Positions 1-12,914 of a stretch of 64,000 bases of DNA are shown here, piece by piece. Each line of letters begins with the position of its first letter. Position 1 is the stretch's first letter. The notes beneath the pieces were generated by a model. It did no database searches, was not told where the DNA came from, and was given only the letters and a program-made list of their open reading frames with translations. Origin of the DNA: Fistulifera solaris (Eukaryota). Position numbers and translations under genes: made by a program. The stretch spans positions 558,001-622,000 of the forward strand of contig AP026144.1 of assembly GCA_030295235.1 (NCBI GenBank), given 5' to 3'.

Positions 1-513
1 TTCGAGCAGATTATCACCCTGCAAATAGGCCAACCAACTCTTGACACCTTCCAATTGAGCCGCTGTGGGCAAGCTGTCGCCTTGCGCAAAATCGAGTTTA
101 TTCAACAATCCCGTGTACCGCGCCGATCGACTGATGAGTTGCTTCTTTGCCAATTTCGTGTCGGGACAGAACGCGACAATTTTGTTAAACTCGAACGCCG
201 AATCTTGATGATTGAGTAAATCAAACAAAAATTGATCATCCGTTGTGACCCCCGGTCGAATGAGTCCCGAAACAAGACACGTCCCATCAATCGTACTACG
301 GGCTTCGACCGGTTCCGGTGCTTTCAAATAGGCTTGTACTTTTTCGGCAGGATTCTCTCGTTCCATGGTACGGAATGCCGGTGGTCCTTTGACGCCCCAG
401 GACGAAATGTAGAGTGCCGTGGTCGACGACGACGACGACGACGACGCGGAAGGTTGTACGACAAACGCCGTCGATGTCGCGGTCGTCGCGAGGAATAAGA
501 ACCCAATTCTCAT
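1..513 (-). CDS. Plastid-targeted hypothetical protein, 5' part (runs off the left edge)
   Basis: Read manually; absent from the ORF track because it has no stop. ATG at 513 gives MRIGFLFLATTATSTA|FVVQPSASSSS...AKKQLISRSARYTGLLNKLDF, open to base 1. Signal peptide + A-F cleavage motif typical of diatom plastid presequences. Confidence 0.75.
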   Translation of the reverse strand, partial: MRIGFLFLATTATSTAFVVQPSASSSSSSSTTALYISSWGVKGPPAFRTMERENPAEKVQAYLKAPEPVEARSTIDGTCLVSGLIRPGVTTDDQFLFDLLNHQDSAFEFNKIVAFCPDTKLAKKQLISRSARYTGLLNKLDFAQGDSLPTAAQLEGVKSWLAYLQGDNLLE

Positions 514-1005
514 CTTTGTTGGCTGAATGAATGGATAATTAAGATAAAATATAAAGACAAAAAGAGAGAGAGAGAAGAAAAGAGAAAGTGTTCGGAAGGA
601 GAAGCCCAATTTTTGTCAAGGGAAAAAAAAAAGATATCGTTCTCACTTCTCACTTGAGTTGCACGGAAAACAACGACGAGAAGAACGGAGAAGAAGAATG
701 ACGATGACGGCGGTGACAAAGAGGGGCGCGAAGTGGTGTCACGAATGCGTAAGCCGTTGGGTGTATAAGGGAAGAGAGTACGACAGGGCACGCGGGACAC
801 GCGGAAGCCATCTGTTCCATGAGGTTAAGTAAGTCGTAGTGGTACCCAGTAGAATTCGGAGTTCCGATCTCAAAAGCAACGACGAGATGCCAAAATCTCA
901 AAAATGAGTTACTACGTATTTTGTTCTTGTGCCTGGTACAGTACCAGGTATTGTGTTGTTTTAGCATCACAAATCAAATCACCTTGCCACTTGAACATAA
1001 ACAAA

Positions 1006-1484
1006 ATGAATTTCTTTTCCAGATTATTACTCTCCTTCTTTTACTCAATTTCCACTGTTCAATGTTTTCTCATTCCACTCAGAATCTCTCCGCATCGTCC
1101 GCATTATCAAACACCGCGTGACATTGAAGAGCGCCTCGACGACTCCTTACGACCACCCCCCTTCAATTTACGCAAAGAATCCATTCTTTTGATAACAATG
1201 CTACTACCATGGCCAATAACAATGCATTGCGAATATGGCGGCTCATGCGCCGGCGATTGCCTCTTCTGTTGACAGGCACACAATCGGACGAGAACCCGTG
1301 GGGTGCCATTTACAATACTCTGCTAGTACGATTCCCCACACTGGTGGCGGGAGTTTTGTACGGAAAGAATGTGGTACAAGGACATCCTCTGATTGTGGAT
1401 CTGGGAGATGGTCCCTTTGAAGTGCCTCCTCTGATAGTAGTCGGAATTCTAGCGAGTATTCTCCGCGTACCGAAACCATCATGA
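1006..1484 (+). CDS. Small plastid-targeted membrane protein, hypothetical (1-bp frameshift ~1188)
   Basis: MNFFSRLLLSFF...TVQC|FL presequence. Adding one T in the run at ~1186-1190 joins ORF 904..1272 to ORF 1209..1484, which has hydrophobic C-terminal segments. Confidence 0.55.
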
Positions 1485-1644
1485 CAGTCTTTTTTTATCA
1501 ATTCCTTTTCGAGCAACGATAAAAAAATGCAAAACCAAACTTTTGCCTTTCAGCTTATTTTAAGTAATGATAGTTTACGTTCGTAAATATGCGAGCCGTT
1601 GTGTGTCCCCAGAATTCATCCATTCGAGTTATTCATCATTGATT

Positions 1645-2706
1645 CTACGAAAGAGAAGGAAAGGCTTTCTCATCGAGTGGGTTGATACCGCGTCCTCCAC
1701 GTCCTCCACCACGGTCACCACCGCGTCCTCCACGACCACCTTCACGACCTCGGCCTCGACCTCCACCACGGCCGCCTTCGCGACCTCCACGTCCACCGCC
1801 ATCACGACCTCGTCCTCCTCCTCCGCGGCCGCCACGTCCTCCGCGGTCATTCGCACTACCACTTTCTACTCGGAAACCCAGTTCCACCACCGGCTTGTCG
1901 CCTTCTTCTTCCTTCTTGCTCTTTCCTCCTTTGCGTTTCTGTTTTCCTGTCGAAAAGTACTCTTCTTCTTCCGCCTTGGCCTTGGCGGCCGCTTTGTTGA
2001 AAAAATCTTCTTCCGCGGCCGATCGTTCCTTGAGAGGAGCGAAAGCTTCATGATCCGGTCGAGCCTTTTGTGCCAAATACTCTTCGTACGACAAGGTGTT
2101 GTCTTCAGGTTCCGGTTCCGGCTCGACGTCTTCGACGACGACAGGCGCCGTTTCTTCACCAGTAGCCGCTTCTTGCGCTTCGGCGGTCAATTCGGCCGGA
2201 TTCTTTTCGTTGCCCCAGTTGTGAGCACCGCCACCACCCTTTTGATTTCTTTGCCACGTCCTGTACCCGATTGACGATCGTACGCGCGTTTGCCATCACG
2301 GACAGGAGCCCGGCCACCGCGTCCGAATTTTGTATTTCGGTCGTTGTTGGAGGGTTTTTTCTGTTTAGAGTGTGTGGCATGTGTGTGTGCGCGCGTGAGA
2401 GAGAGAGAGATGAAAAAGGGACATTTCGTACTTTCCGCTGCAACGACACTTACCTTTGATCCGGTTTCGACGGTTCAACTACGGTCGGGGCTGCTTTCTT
2501 GGCAGTCGTCGTTGTCGTTTTCGTGGTCGTTGTCTTGGTTTTGGGAGCTTCATCGCCCGAGTCATCGTCGAGTGCAGCAAAAAAGTTTTTGGACTTTGAT
2601 AAAAACGAGTCAAATGTTACTGGATGTGAGAATGACCAGAAGAAGAAAAGGACGAAAACACGGACACAACATGGGCCTGCCGATTGGTTGATGTCTCACG
2701 CACCAT
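1645..2706 (-). CDS. Stm1/SERBP1 (HABP4_PAI-RBP1) family RGG-rich mRNA/ribosome-binding protein
   Basis: ATG directly followed by an intron (ATG|gtgcgt at 2706-2703), then SKNFFAALDDDSGDE; second intron ~2453-2361. Motifs KRAYDRQSGTGRG..KKGGGGAHNWG, TLSYEEYL, RGG repeats and C-terminal DEKAFPSL. Confidence 0.85.
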
Positions 2707-3437
2707 TTTTGGATTCCCTTTGTATCTTTCTTAATTACGAAAGTATGAATGAATAAATGGAATGAATCAATGTCACACGGCTGACTCTCTTTCTTGATGA
2801 TTCAGTTAACTGGTAGACTTTTTATTTCTAGGTGTTCTCGATGCGAAAGAGCTTCACCGGTGATAACAAACAACCAAGTAAACAACAATAATCAATAGCG
2901 CGTGTCATACGAGCGGCTCACAACAAACGATGCCAAAAACTTCATGAGTTTTACTCCCTCGAGCCGAGCGAGACATCAAATGACGGACAGACGTGATTCG
3001 GAACCGCAAATCCCTCTACCTCTTATTCTATATTACGTCTGCTCGTCACCCGTCCATTCAAGACTGAATTTTCAGTCACGACAATCCTAGGTTATGATTA
3101 TTCATGCGTGCGAGAGAGGAATGTCAGCCGGATACTATAAATGCATAGAATCTGCTTTTATAGTGTTGCGAGTACCCTTTATTGTATCTTCGAAGAGCTT
3201 CGCTCAATTAACTTGGTCTCAAGGCGCAGCGCATCAGGAACTTCCCAAGTTACTATGCGTCCAAAGTGTTAACGGTTTTTGGCCACGACTGGATTCAGTC
3301 ATGAGCCACGAAAGATCTCGCCTTTTTACGTGTTGGCAACTTTTGGCCTACATGTTCACACTTGTAGGTCCATCAGCCATCAGCAGATACAGTCAGAAGT
3401 CAGAACAACGTCTCATAAAAGTGCCCATCATGTCAGC

Positions 3438-6234
3438 ATGTCGACTTGGGACGAGTCCTCTCGCTTACTTTCGGTAACGAAGCAACCGCAAGAAAAAGAA
3501 GGAAACGACATGACACCGTTTCGTCGACCCATCCTGTTCGGGTCGTTGCTATTCATCGTGCTTCTTGGAGGGTTTGCCTTGGCCTTTCGACCGCATTATG
3601 CTAAAAGTGACCCTTTTCCGTCCGACTTTCTCTTTGGTGCGGCAACCAGTGCCTATCAAATTGAAGGTGCCACCGAATCGAGAGGATGGACCGTTTGGGA
3701 TACGTTTCTGCGTCAAACTCCGACATTGGATCGTAGCAACGCCAGTGTTGCTTGCGATCACTATCATCTCATGAAACAAGATGTGACATTGATGAAAGAC
3801 TTGAACCTACAAGCGTACCGATTTTCGATATCCTGGTCGAGGATTATGCCATCGGGGACCAATGAAACCACACGGCAGGAAGGACTCGACTTTTACAACC
3901 AATTGATCAATGAATTGCTGAAACACAACATTACTCCGTTCGTTACATTATTTCATTGGGATACACCGCAAGGACTGGAAGACCGTTTCGGTGGTTGGAT
4001 GGACGAACGCACCGTCAAAGCGTTTGTCGCGTATGCCCGGTTGGCGTTTGCCACATGGGGCGATCGTGTGAAACACTGGATCACCATCAATGAACCATGG
4101 ACGGTCGCCGTCAATGGATACAGTACGGGCATTCATGCACCGGGAAAGCAGGATGCTTCGGCACCGTACCGTGTCGCGCACAATTTGTTGCGGGCTCATG
4201 CCATGGCGACGCATGTCTATCGAATGGAGTTCCAGACCCAACAAAAGGGTGTTATTGGGATGGCTCATTCGGGTGATTTTCGCTACTCTGCGGATGATGA
4301 TTCAGCTGCCGCGGAACGGGCTATGCTTTTTCGATTTGGTTGGTTTGTTGATCCAATTGTATTTGGTGATTACCCTCAAGTCATGAAAGAACGACTGGGG
4401 CATCGTTTGCCAACTATATCGAATGAAGAGAGAATACTATTTTTGAGCGCTTCGACCGATTTCCTGGGCTTGAATTATTATTCGTCACTCGTGGCGTCCA
4501 CTCCAGCACGAGAAGCAAATTATAGTGGATATTGGGCGGACATTCACGTGGACTTTTCCAGCAAACCGGAATGGTCTCAAAATTTCATGGGGTGGAGTGT
4601 CGTTCCCGACGGTTTGAGGGAAATGTTACTTTGGATTCACAAACGCTACCATGGTCCTACTATCTATATTACAGAAAATGGATCTTGTGAAGATGAGCTC
4701 AATGTGGACGCAGCAATAAAGGACGAGAAACGGCGTTGGTATGTACAAGAGCACCTTCGGGCCTGCTCGGAAGCTATCGAAGAGGGTGTGAACCTAGTTG
4801 GCTATTTCCTATGGTCTTTGATGGATAATTTCGGTACGTATTCCATGATGGTCACCATGGCGGCGGCTTTTATATACTTGAGTTACTAATAGCGTCTTCT
4901 TTACAAACAAGAATGGCAGTTTGGTTATCAGCGGAGATTTGGTATCTATTACGTCGACTTCAAAACACTGAATCGGACTCCGAAATCTTCTGCCGTGTTT
5001 TATCGGGATACTATCGGGGCACGGGGTCGGAATCTTGCCATAGCGACACGTCTCAAAAGCCATCGGAAACTCGCAGACTCCTCCCGGTCGCGTCGTCAGA
5101 TTCCGGATAGAGTTCTTATAGGATACGCTAGTCACAAGCTCGAATCGGTGAGACATGCTATATCGCAAGGGGTTAATGTTATAATGTGGTCGTTTGTCGA
5201 CTTTCGAGCATCCTTCCATTATTCAGACTCGTCGACCACGCCGCATCGGCGCTTGTTGAACGTCAAAAACGTGGTACCGGATACCACGTTGGATCTTGAA
5301 GCGGTCAAAACATTCATACGCGAGCTCGACCTGGAAGGTCATGGCAGCATTCTGCACATGATTGCGGTGGGTGGATGGAACGGGAAGCACCTCGATCCAT
5401 TGGTCAGCGCAAAGGAATGGTACGACGCATTCGACACTTATCTTGGCGATGTATTCGATGGAATCGATTGGGACTTGGAAGGAAACGATGACATGAAAAG
5501 CATTTACAATACATTCACTTTCGAATGTTTAGATAAAATGGGGGAGATCAGTCGGATGGCCCATGAAGGTAAGGAAATCTGGTACCGTGACCGTCGCGTG
5601 CTTGTGAAAGATCCCTAATGAAATTCGTGGTAACTCAGATGGCTATGTTGTGTCAATAGCACCACCACAATCTTATCTCGACATTCATGGCTCTTCTGAC
5701 TTCAGCAGAGCTGTTAATTTGACGGATAAAACGCGACAATGGCACAACGATTTTACCTATTTTGGGCGCAACGTTTACGCCTATCTCTTGCAGAAATATG
5801 GGCCATGGATCGATTTGGTTTCGTTACAGTTTTACGAAAGCTATTCAAGAGCTGCAATGACGATTCTTGAAGGCGGCGTGACTCCTGCTGCTTATCTGGT
5901 TGAATTTGTCGAAGAATTGGCGTTAACTAATTGTACATTTCAAGTAAACTTTGAGCAAGACCCTCACACAAACTTAAAGGTGACCAATATCTCACTTCCT
6001 CTTTCTAAGCTTGTTCTCGGGTTTGCTAACGGGTGGGCAAGTAACGCTGGTAATAAAACGTTATTCGTTCCATCAAAGGAAATAAGTTCGGCATGGGGAT
6101 CGCTGCGAGCCAAAGATTCGCTACCACGCGGAATGATGTTCTGGATCATTGACGAAGAAGGAACCAATGGTGTCAACATGTCGCATGATCTCGGACAGAT
6201 CCTGGCCGAATCGTGCGAGACTTCCAAATGCTAA
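3438..6234 (+). CDS. Fusion protein: GH1 beta-glucosidase + GH18 chitinase-like domain
   Basis: GH1 motifs FLFGAATSAYQIEGA, TINEP, ITENG. Intron 4834-4911 restores DNFEW..RFG. The frame continues without a stop into a GH18 domain (AVGGW, FDGIDWDLEG, QFYE, KLVLG, GMMFW); intron 5569-5638 is also in frame. N-terminal hydrophobic anchor; alternative start 3510. Confidence 0.88.
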
Positions 6235-6330
6235 TTTTTAAAAGATTTTGTTAGTTTTCGTTGTAGCGACTAAAAAGTTTATTTATACAACCGACCACGA
6301 AGCACTATGGAAGCGCCGCCTGCTAAGCAA

Positions 6331-7539
6331 CTATCCACCCGCTTTTTTACAAATCTGAACAATATCTTCATCCGATAGAATGTGATCTTTTCCGCACCTT
6401 TGAGGTTGATGTTTACAACTTCTACCTGAAAATGAACGGCAACATGATTTGAATCAGTCGTTTGGTATTTTCAAGCACGGATAGTGCGCACTACACCATA
6501 CTTACCCCATACCCACGCATGGGAGAATTCCTGCATGAGACCTCGATGGATTCGATTACAAAACTCTTCAATCGATGGATTTTCTGCATGTAGAATGACC
6601 GGCTCGTCATAGTCAGGGATTTGACCTTTTGGTTTGGTATAAATTCGTAGCATATTACACCGATCCCAAATCGTATCCATCAGCTCCTCCAGATTCCACT
6701 CATGTTGACTGCTGATGGGTACATAATTCGGCATCTGATCCAATATATCCAATTCTTCAATCGTCAACGCATCGATTTTGTTGAACACGTACAGCACTGG
6801 GATATAGGCCCGATTTCCTTCAATGACATCAATGAATTGATCGACTGTTATATCCTCACGCAAAATAATTTCCGCACAACTGATTCTGTATTCCTTGCAG
6901 ACCAAACGTGCCACTTCCGCATTCATTCCCTTGGTTTGTTTGACCATTTCTTGATAACTGATGCCTCCTCCTTCTTTCTTGGTCAGCTTGACATCCGGCG
7001 GTTCTTGATTGATGCGTATTCCAAAAGAAAACAATTCAGCCTCAATGATCTTTTTTGTGCGTGACGGGCTTGGCCGCATCCAACACAATGAGAATCAAAT
7101 TGCACGTCCGTGCCGTCGAAATGACTTGTCGACCACGACCTTTGCCATCGGCGGCCCCTTCAATGATTCCCGGTAAATCCAATACTTGAATACGGGCTCC
7201 GCGGTACTTCATCGTGCCCGGAATACACGTCAAGGTCGTGAATTCGTACGCGGCAGCTTCCGATTTGGTGCCCGTCAAGGCCGTCAACAAAGTACTTTTC
7301 CCAACGGACGGGAATCCGACCAAACCAATGCGCGTATCACCACTTTTCGTAACATCAAAGCCTCGTCCAGCATCTTTGGATCCGGCGGATTTCCCGCCGG
7401 GTCCATTGATTAGTTCCGATTTCAATTTGGCAATCTTGGCTTTGAGCGTGCCCAAATGATAATTAGTGGCTTTGTTCTTTTGCGTGCGGGCCATTTCGGC
7501 CTCTAATTCGGCAATTTTCTTTTGAATGTCTTCAGACAT
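6331..7539 (-). CDS. DRG1: Developmentally regulated GTP-binding protein (DRG1/Rbg1)
   Basis: [53 protein letters not shown] and a C-terminal TGS domain. One extra A at ~7051-7056; intron ~6427-6503; stop TAG at 6331. Confidence 0.92.
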
Positions 7540-7841
7540 GATTTATTATTTGTTTGTTTGAGGCTTTTGTAAAAGAATATGAAAGAACGTTGGAAAAGAA
7601 GACAGGCAAAAGTGGAAATACTTGTAATACCTCATGAATGTATTCACGGGCCCGCCATGGTCGCGACTTAACTTGATAGTTTGATAGGGGTGCCGCAATA
7701 CCAGTACCAGTACCAGCCAGGTACGGGCTGCGAGATACGACGAGTTTTTGGTGAAAACTTGACACCGCGCAGAGAGCGCGCAACGGACGGGCGACCATCA
7801 CATGTCACAAATTACACCTCATGATTATTACTCCTATTTCT

Positions 7842-8105
7842 TCATGACTGAAAATGCAATCGTGATGTTTGAAAGGTCGCCTTCACTTTGGGTCTATAGT
7901 AATTACGGCGAGCAATGATTGACAACGATTTTTCGACGTCCATAAAATCCACGTACCTTGCAAATGCTGCAGCAAGTAATTAAATCTACATAATGTCACA
8001 TCTAGCCTTTGCATTCAACCGGGAAAGCCACCCGTGAAGGTTAGGAAGCAGTCTGGTGAAGTTCCGCCCACACTTCGGATCAACGCAAGGTATTTTGATG
8101 CAAAG
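7842..8105 (+). repeat. Degenerate copy of the intergenic TCATGACTG repeat family
   Basis: TCATGACTGAAAATGCAATCGTGA..GAAAGGTCGCCTTCACTTTGGGTCTATAGT matches the other copies; the downstream end is approximate. Confidence 0.75.
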
Positions 8106-8327
8106 GAAAACCGTTGTTTGACGAAAAGAATAAATCAAGAAAAGCAGTAGCGTATTATAATATAAATTATCTAAATGAAAGGATTCTATCAGTTTTCGAC
8201 AAAAGAATGTGAGCTGTTCGCTACTTTAACAGAAAGTCGCGGAGAAATGCGATTTTTTCTTTGTGATTCTCGGCGACAACACATCATTCTCGTTGGTTGC
8301 TGACAGTCCCACATAAATTTCTATCCG

Positions 8328-8762
8328 CTATTGCATCTTCTCTTGTATTTGATTGCAGTGCGCTTTTCTATCTTCGCGTGGATTTCGGGCAAAACTCAAC
8401 AACGATGTCTTTTGCACGGGTATCAGACTGAACGAGGGTAATTCCGCACCACCACTGGGAAAACCACCCCGATCTTTGGGACGTACATTGGGATTGATCC
8501 CTTGCGCTGATTGCACGGTATCGTAAATGCATTTCTCCATGGCCAACGTCCCCAAGGGCAACGCCAACAATCCGTACACACCCACGGGCGACTTGACGAC
8601 CGCATCCATGACCCGGACGGTCATTCCCTTCTTGTGTCCGTAGAGAAACCCACAAAAGGGTACCATAACCGCCGCAAAGGAAATCATCCATTCGTAACCG
8701 TTTCGGTCGTCGTATTCCGAAACGGACGATGGACGCGCCGTTTCTTCCGTGATGTTGGCCAT
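8328..8762 (-). CDS. Hypothetical small membrane protein
   Basis: 144-aa ATG-initiated ORF with two hydrophobic segments and ordinary composition. Confidence 0.55.
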   Translation of the reverse strand: MANITEETARPSSVSEYDDRNGYEWMISFAAVMVPFCGFLYGHKKGMTVRVMDAVVKSPVGVYGLLALPLGTLAMEKCIYDTVQSAQGINPNVRPKDRGGFPSGGAELPSFSLIPVQKTSLLSFARNPREDRKAHCNQIQEKMQ

Positions 8763-9303
8763 TCTATATTCGCGGATGGATAATCGAACTTTAATAGAAC
8801 GAGAATGCTGTTTCTCAGACTGGGTCGCAAAAAATTGATGAATATCAATGTCTGACTATAACTCTTTTAGAGTGCCGAGTTCGACGACAACCCAACGTTT
8901 CGTCGGAATTCATTTGTGGCGAAAAAATAATAATAAGGTCGCGACTCGCGACGATGGAAGGACCAACAGTAAAGGCTTTCGCACCACGCCACGCAAAACG
9001 CAAACACGGGACTCGCTACACTATAGGGAATAATAGTAAGCTGCTTTCTTTGAAGTGCGGAGCCAGAGAAAATTAAAAGATGACGTGTACATGACGTCAG
9101 TGCTGTCGTGGGCTACTTGTCGCACAGAAGTGGGGCTGACCACTCTAGCTGGAACTGTAGAAATCGTTCTACCTACGAACACCCAAGATCGACCGCCACA
9201 ACACACACATTTCTGGCTCGATCGTTCTCCATTTGCCATTCGACAGCTGCGCTGCTTGTGGTAGAAACAATCGTTCCAAACGTTCATCTCTTTTGCAAAC
9301 AAG

Positions 9304-12300
9304 ATGATGATGATGATGGTGGTGCGTCGTTGTAGTCGACGACTGCTTGCTTGGAAGCAGCGTCGTGTGTATTCCGCGAGCACGCCCGCTTGGGGGGATG
9401 CTTTGGACATGGTCGATACGTTCGCCCGTCGTCACAGTAAGTAGGGTTATTCGTGCCGTGCGGCATTCTTTGGTGTAACGTCACGTTGGTACTTTTAAAC
9501 GAATACAATATGGGTTCAATCGTGGACTTGTGTCAATCACGCGATGACGTAGACGTGTATCCTTAATAATTTACCATGAAAAAATGACCACCTCGTTTTC
9601 ATCCGCCTCTTCGACGACCTTGTCTTTTCGTAATTCATAAACTCATCTTCTTCTTCTTCTTCTTCTTCTTCTTTCTCTTTTGCCATGATCAGTTGGTCCT
9701 ACTCCCGAGGAAGCCAAAAGCATGTTGGCGACGATCGGTTTCGATTCGTTTGACGCTTTGACGAAATCGACCGTTCCGGCCAAGATTTTGACCTCGAAAC
9801 AAATGAAATTGGACGCTCCCTTGAGTGAATCGGAAGCATTGGCGAAATTGAAAGGCATGGCGAATAAAAATAAAGTAATGAAGTCGTACATTGGTGCCGG
9901 ATATTATGATACACAAGTTCCTCCCGTCATTTTGCGCAATGTATTGGAGAATCCGGGATGGTATACGGCGTATACTCCCTATCAAGCTGAAATTTCGCAG
10001 GGACGACTCGAAATGTTGTTGAATTTCCAAACACTTGTTGTCGATTTGACAGGTTTGCCCATGGCTGTCGCATCTCTTCTGGACGAGTCTTCGGCCGCTG
10101 CCGAAGCCATGCAAATGGCCTTTGCCCTCAAAGGGAAGAAAGGAACCAAAAATAAATTCTTTATCAGTCAGGACGTTCATCCGCAGACTATCGGCTTGAT
10201 TCAAACGCGAGCCAAAGCCATCGGGATTGATGTAATTGTAGGAGATCACTCGCAATTGGATTTTTCGGGCAAAGATTATTGTGGCGCCCTGGTGCAGTAT
10301 CCGAATACGTACGGGAGCATCGAATCATCTGGAGAATCCTACGCGTCGTTTGCGGATCGAGCGCACGAGGCGGATGCCATGGTTGTGGCCGCCACTGATT
10401 TGATGGCATTGACCAAGCTATCGCCGCCTTCCTCGTGGGGTGCAGGTACGACTCGTTTCTGTATTGTGATTGTTTTGATTTACTTGTATTTGTGTGCAAT
10501 GTCTTACCTCTTTTTCATAACATGATAGACATTGCTGTGGGCAGTGCTCAACGTTTTGGTGTTCCCATGGGATTCGGAGGTCCTCATGCGGGTTTTTTGG
10601 CAACTTCAGACAAGTACTCTCGAAAAATGCCCGGTCGTATCATTGGTGTCACCATCGATTCGCAAGGAAAGCCGTGCTTGCGCATGGCCATGCAAACTCG
10701 TGAGCAGCACATTCGTCGTGACAAAGCTACGTCAAATATTTGTACAGCACAAGCTCTTTTGGCCAACATGGCAGCATCGTACGCAATTTACCATGGTCCG
10801 CAGGGACTTACGGACATTTCCTCCCGTATCCATGCTTTGGCAAAAGTAGCGCATCGTGAAATTGGTAAGGCTGGATTCAAGGTTAGCAACGATGCTTTCT
10901 TTGATACCTTCACGGTCGATGTTTCATCCAAAGGTATGACTGCAGCGGAGGTGCAGAGTGGGGCGGTCAGTGTTGGTGCCAACGTGCGCGTTATTGACAA
11001 CAATACCGTGGGCATTAGCATGGGTGAGGGAATTACCCGAGATGATTTGAAGGCCTTGCTTGAAGGGGCATTTAAAGTCAGCAATCCGGATCTTGCAGCG
11101 GACGATTCTGTCAAAAATGTGGAGGGCAAGTACGCCCGCGAGGGAGAAATTCTAACTCACCCCATCTTCCGTCAGCACCATTCGGAAACGCAAATGCTTC
11201 GATACTTGAAAACGCTGGAAAATCGCGATCTTGCATTGAATCACTCCATGATTTCACTAGGCTCTTGTACCATGAAATTGAATGCAACCAGTGAAATGAT
11301 TCCTGTTACTTGGTCAGAGTTTTGCAACATTCACCCATTTGCTCCTGCGGATCAAGTTCTCGGTTACCATGAAATGATTGAAGATTTGAACAAGGATCTT
11401 GCCGAAATTACTGGTTTTGCAGCAGTCAGTGCCCAGCCGAACTCGGGTGCAACTGGTGAATATGCCGGTCTTTTGGCCATCACTGCGTACTTGGAGTCAA
11501 TCGGCGAAGGTCACAGAAACGTGTGTCTCATTCCAAAGTCGGCTCACGGAACCAATCCTGCAAGTGCTGTCATGGCAGGTATGAAGGTTGTGGTCGTTGA
11601 AAATGATGACAATGGAAACATCGATTTCGATGACCTTACGGCCAAAATTAACAAACACAAGGATCATTTGGCCGCTTTCATGGTAACGTATCCTTCGACA
11701 TTTGGTGTTTTCGAGGAACGCATCGTAGATGTTTGTGAAGCAATTCATGCTGCCGGTGGACAAGTATACATGGACGGAGCGAATATGAATGCCCAAGTCG
11801 GTTTGACCAGTCCTGGCCTCATCGGTGCGGATGTATGCCATCTCAATTTACACAAGGTATGTAACCCAGCGTATGCGCGCAATCGTTTTTGGCGATACCG
11901 CTCATATTTTGTGAATTATCATAGACGTTTTGCATTCCTCATGGAGGTGGTGGGCCGGGTGTTGGTTCAATTGGTGTCCGTGAGCACCTTGCCCCCTTCC
12001 TTCCCGGACACTTCCTTGAGCCTCAAGCTTCAGGAAAGCTTTGTGGATCTGATTTGTGTGTACCAAAAAAAGAAGGTGCGGTTGCTGGAGCTCCTTTTGG
12101 ATCGGCAGCTATCCTTCCTATCTCCTGGATGTATATCAAAATGCTTGGAGCTGAGGGCTTGAAATCTGCGACCGGAAACGCTATCTTGAACGCCAATTAC
12201 ATGGCCGCTCGTCTGAATGGAGCTTACGACGTCTTGTTTGTTGGCGCGAATGGACAGTGTGCACATGAATTCATTCTCGACTTGCGCCCTCTGAAAGCTG

Positions 12301-12737
12301 CCACCGGCGTCACGGAAGAAGATGTTGCGAAGCGCTTACAAGACTATGGCTTTCATTCTCCAACCATGTCTTGGCCAGTTGCTGGAACTCTGATGGTGGA
12401 ACCCACAGAATCGGAAGACTTGGCAGAGCTTGATCGTTTCTGTGATGCTATGCTGGCCATTCGAGCCGAAATTGATGACATAGGCGCAGGTCGTGTCCCT
12501 CTCGAAAATTCCCCGCTGAGAAATGCACCCCACACCATGGACGTCATTCTTTCGGAGAAGTGGGATCGCCCATACTCGCGTGAAGTTGCGGCTTATCCGG
12601 CTCCTTGGATTCGAACAAACAAGTTCTGGCCTACTTGTGGTCGTGTTGATAATGTTTACGGAGATCGCAATTTGGTGTGCACGTGCCCACCTCTGGAAGC
12701 CTACGAAGACCCTGAAGATAAGAAGGTTGCCGCCTAA
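9304..12737 (+). CDS. GLDC: Glycine decarboxylase P-protein (mitochondrial glycine cleavage system)
   Basis: Exon 1 [13 protein letters not shown]...DTFARRH; introns ~9438-9692, ~10447-10528, ~11857-11924. Motifs [53 protein letters not shown](TF) PLP site, [17 protein letters not shown]. Confidence 0.97.
9647..9673 (+). repeat. (CTT)n microsatellite in the first GLDC intron
   Basis: Run of about 9 TCT/CTT units just before the cag acceptor. Confidence 0.85.
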
Positions 12738-12914
12738 TTATTTTTTCTGTACGCCTGAAAGGTTAGAATTTTCCCTACTTTACGCATTTTTGTATTTTAA
12801 TGGGGCGTTTCTTGATTTAGTTATAAAGTAGCATACATCCTTTCGAACATCACAGATGAAAGGAGCTCTGGCTATATTACTTCTTATTGTGCAAAAGGAA
12901 GACGATACTATGCT

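Noticed and set aside
425..447. (GAC)n and nearby (AG)n repeats
   Set aside because: Ordinary microsatellites; the GAC run encodes poly-Ser in a transit peptide.
1567..2274. Long plus-strand Ser/Thr- and Pro/Arg-rich ORFs
   Set aside because: Antisense shadows of the RGG repeats of the Stm1-like gene; most other short overlapping ORFs in the track are similar shadows.
7040..7060. Programmed ribosomal frameshifting as the cause of split ORFs
   Set aside because: Shifts go in both directions, mostly in homopolymer runs, with no shared slippery/stop motif; sequencing error is simpler.
9030..9300. Glycine riboswitch or ncRNA upstream of GLDC
   Set aside because: No recognisable glycine aptamer consensus seen by eye; a covariance-model search would be needed.
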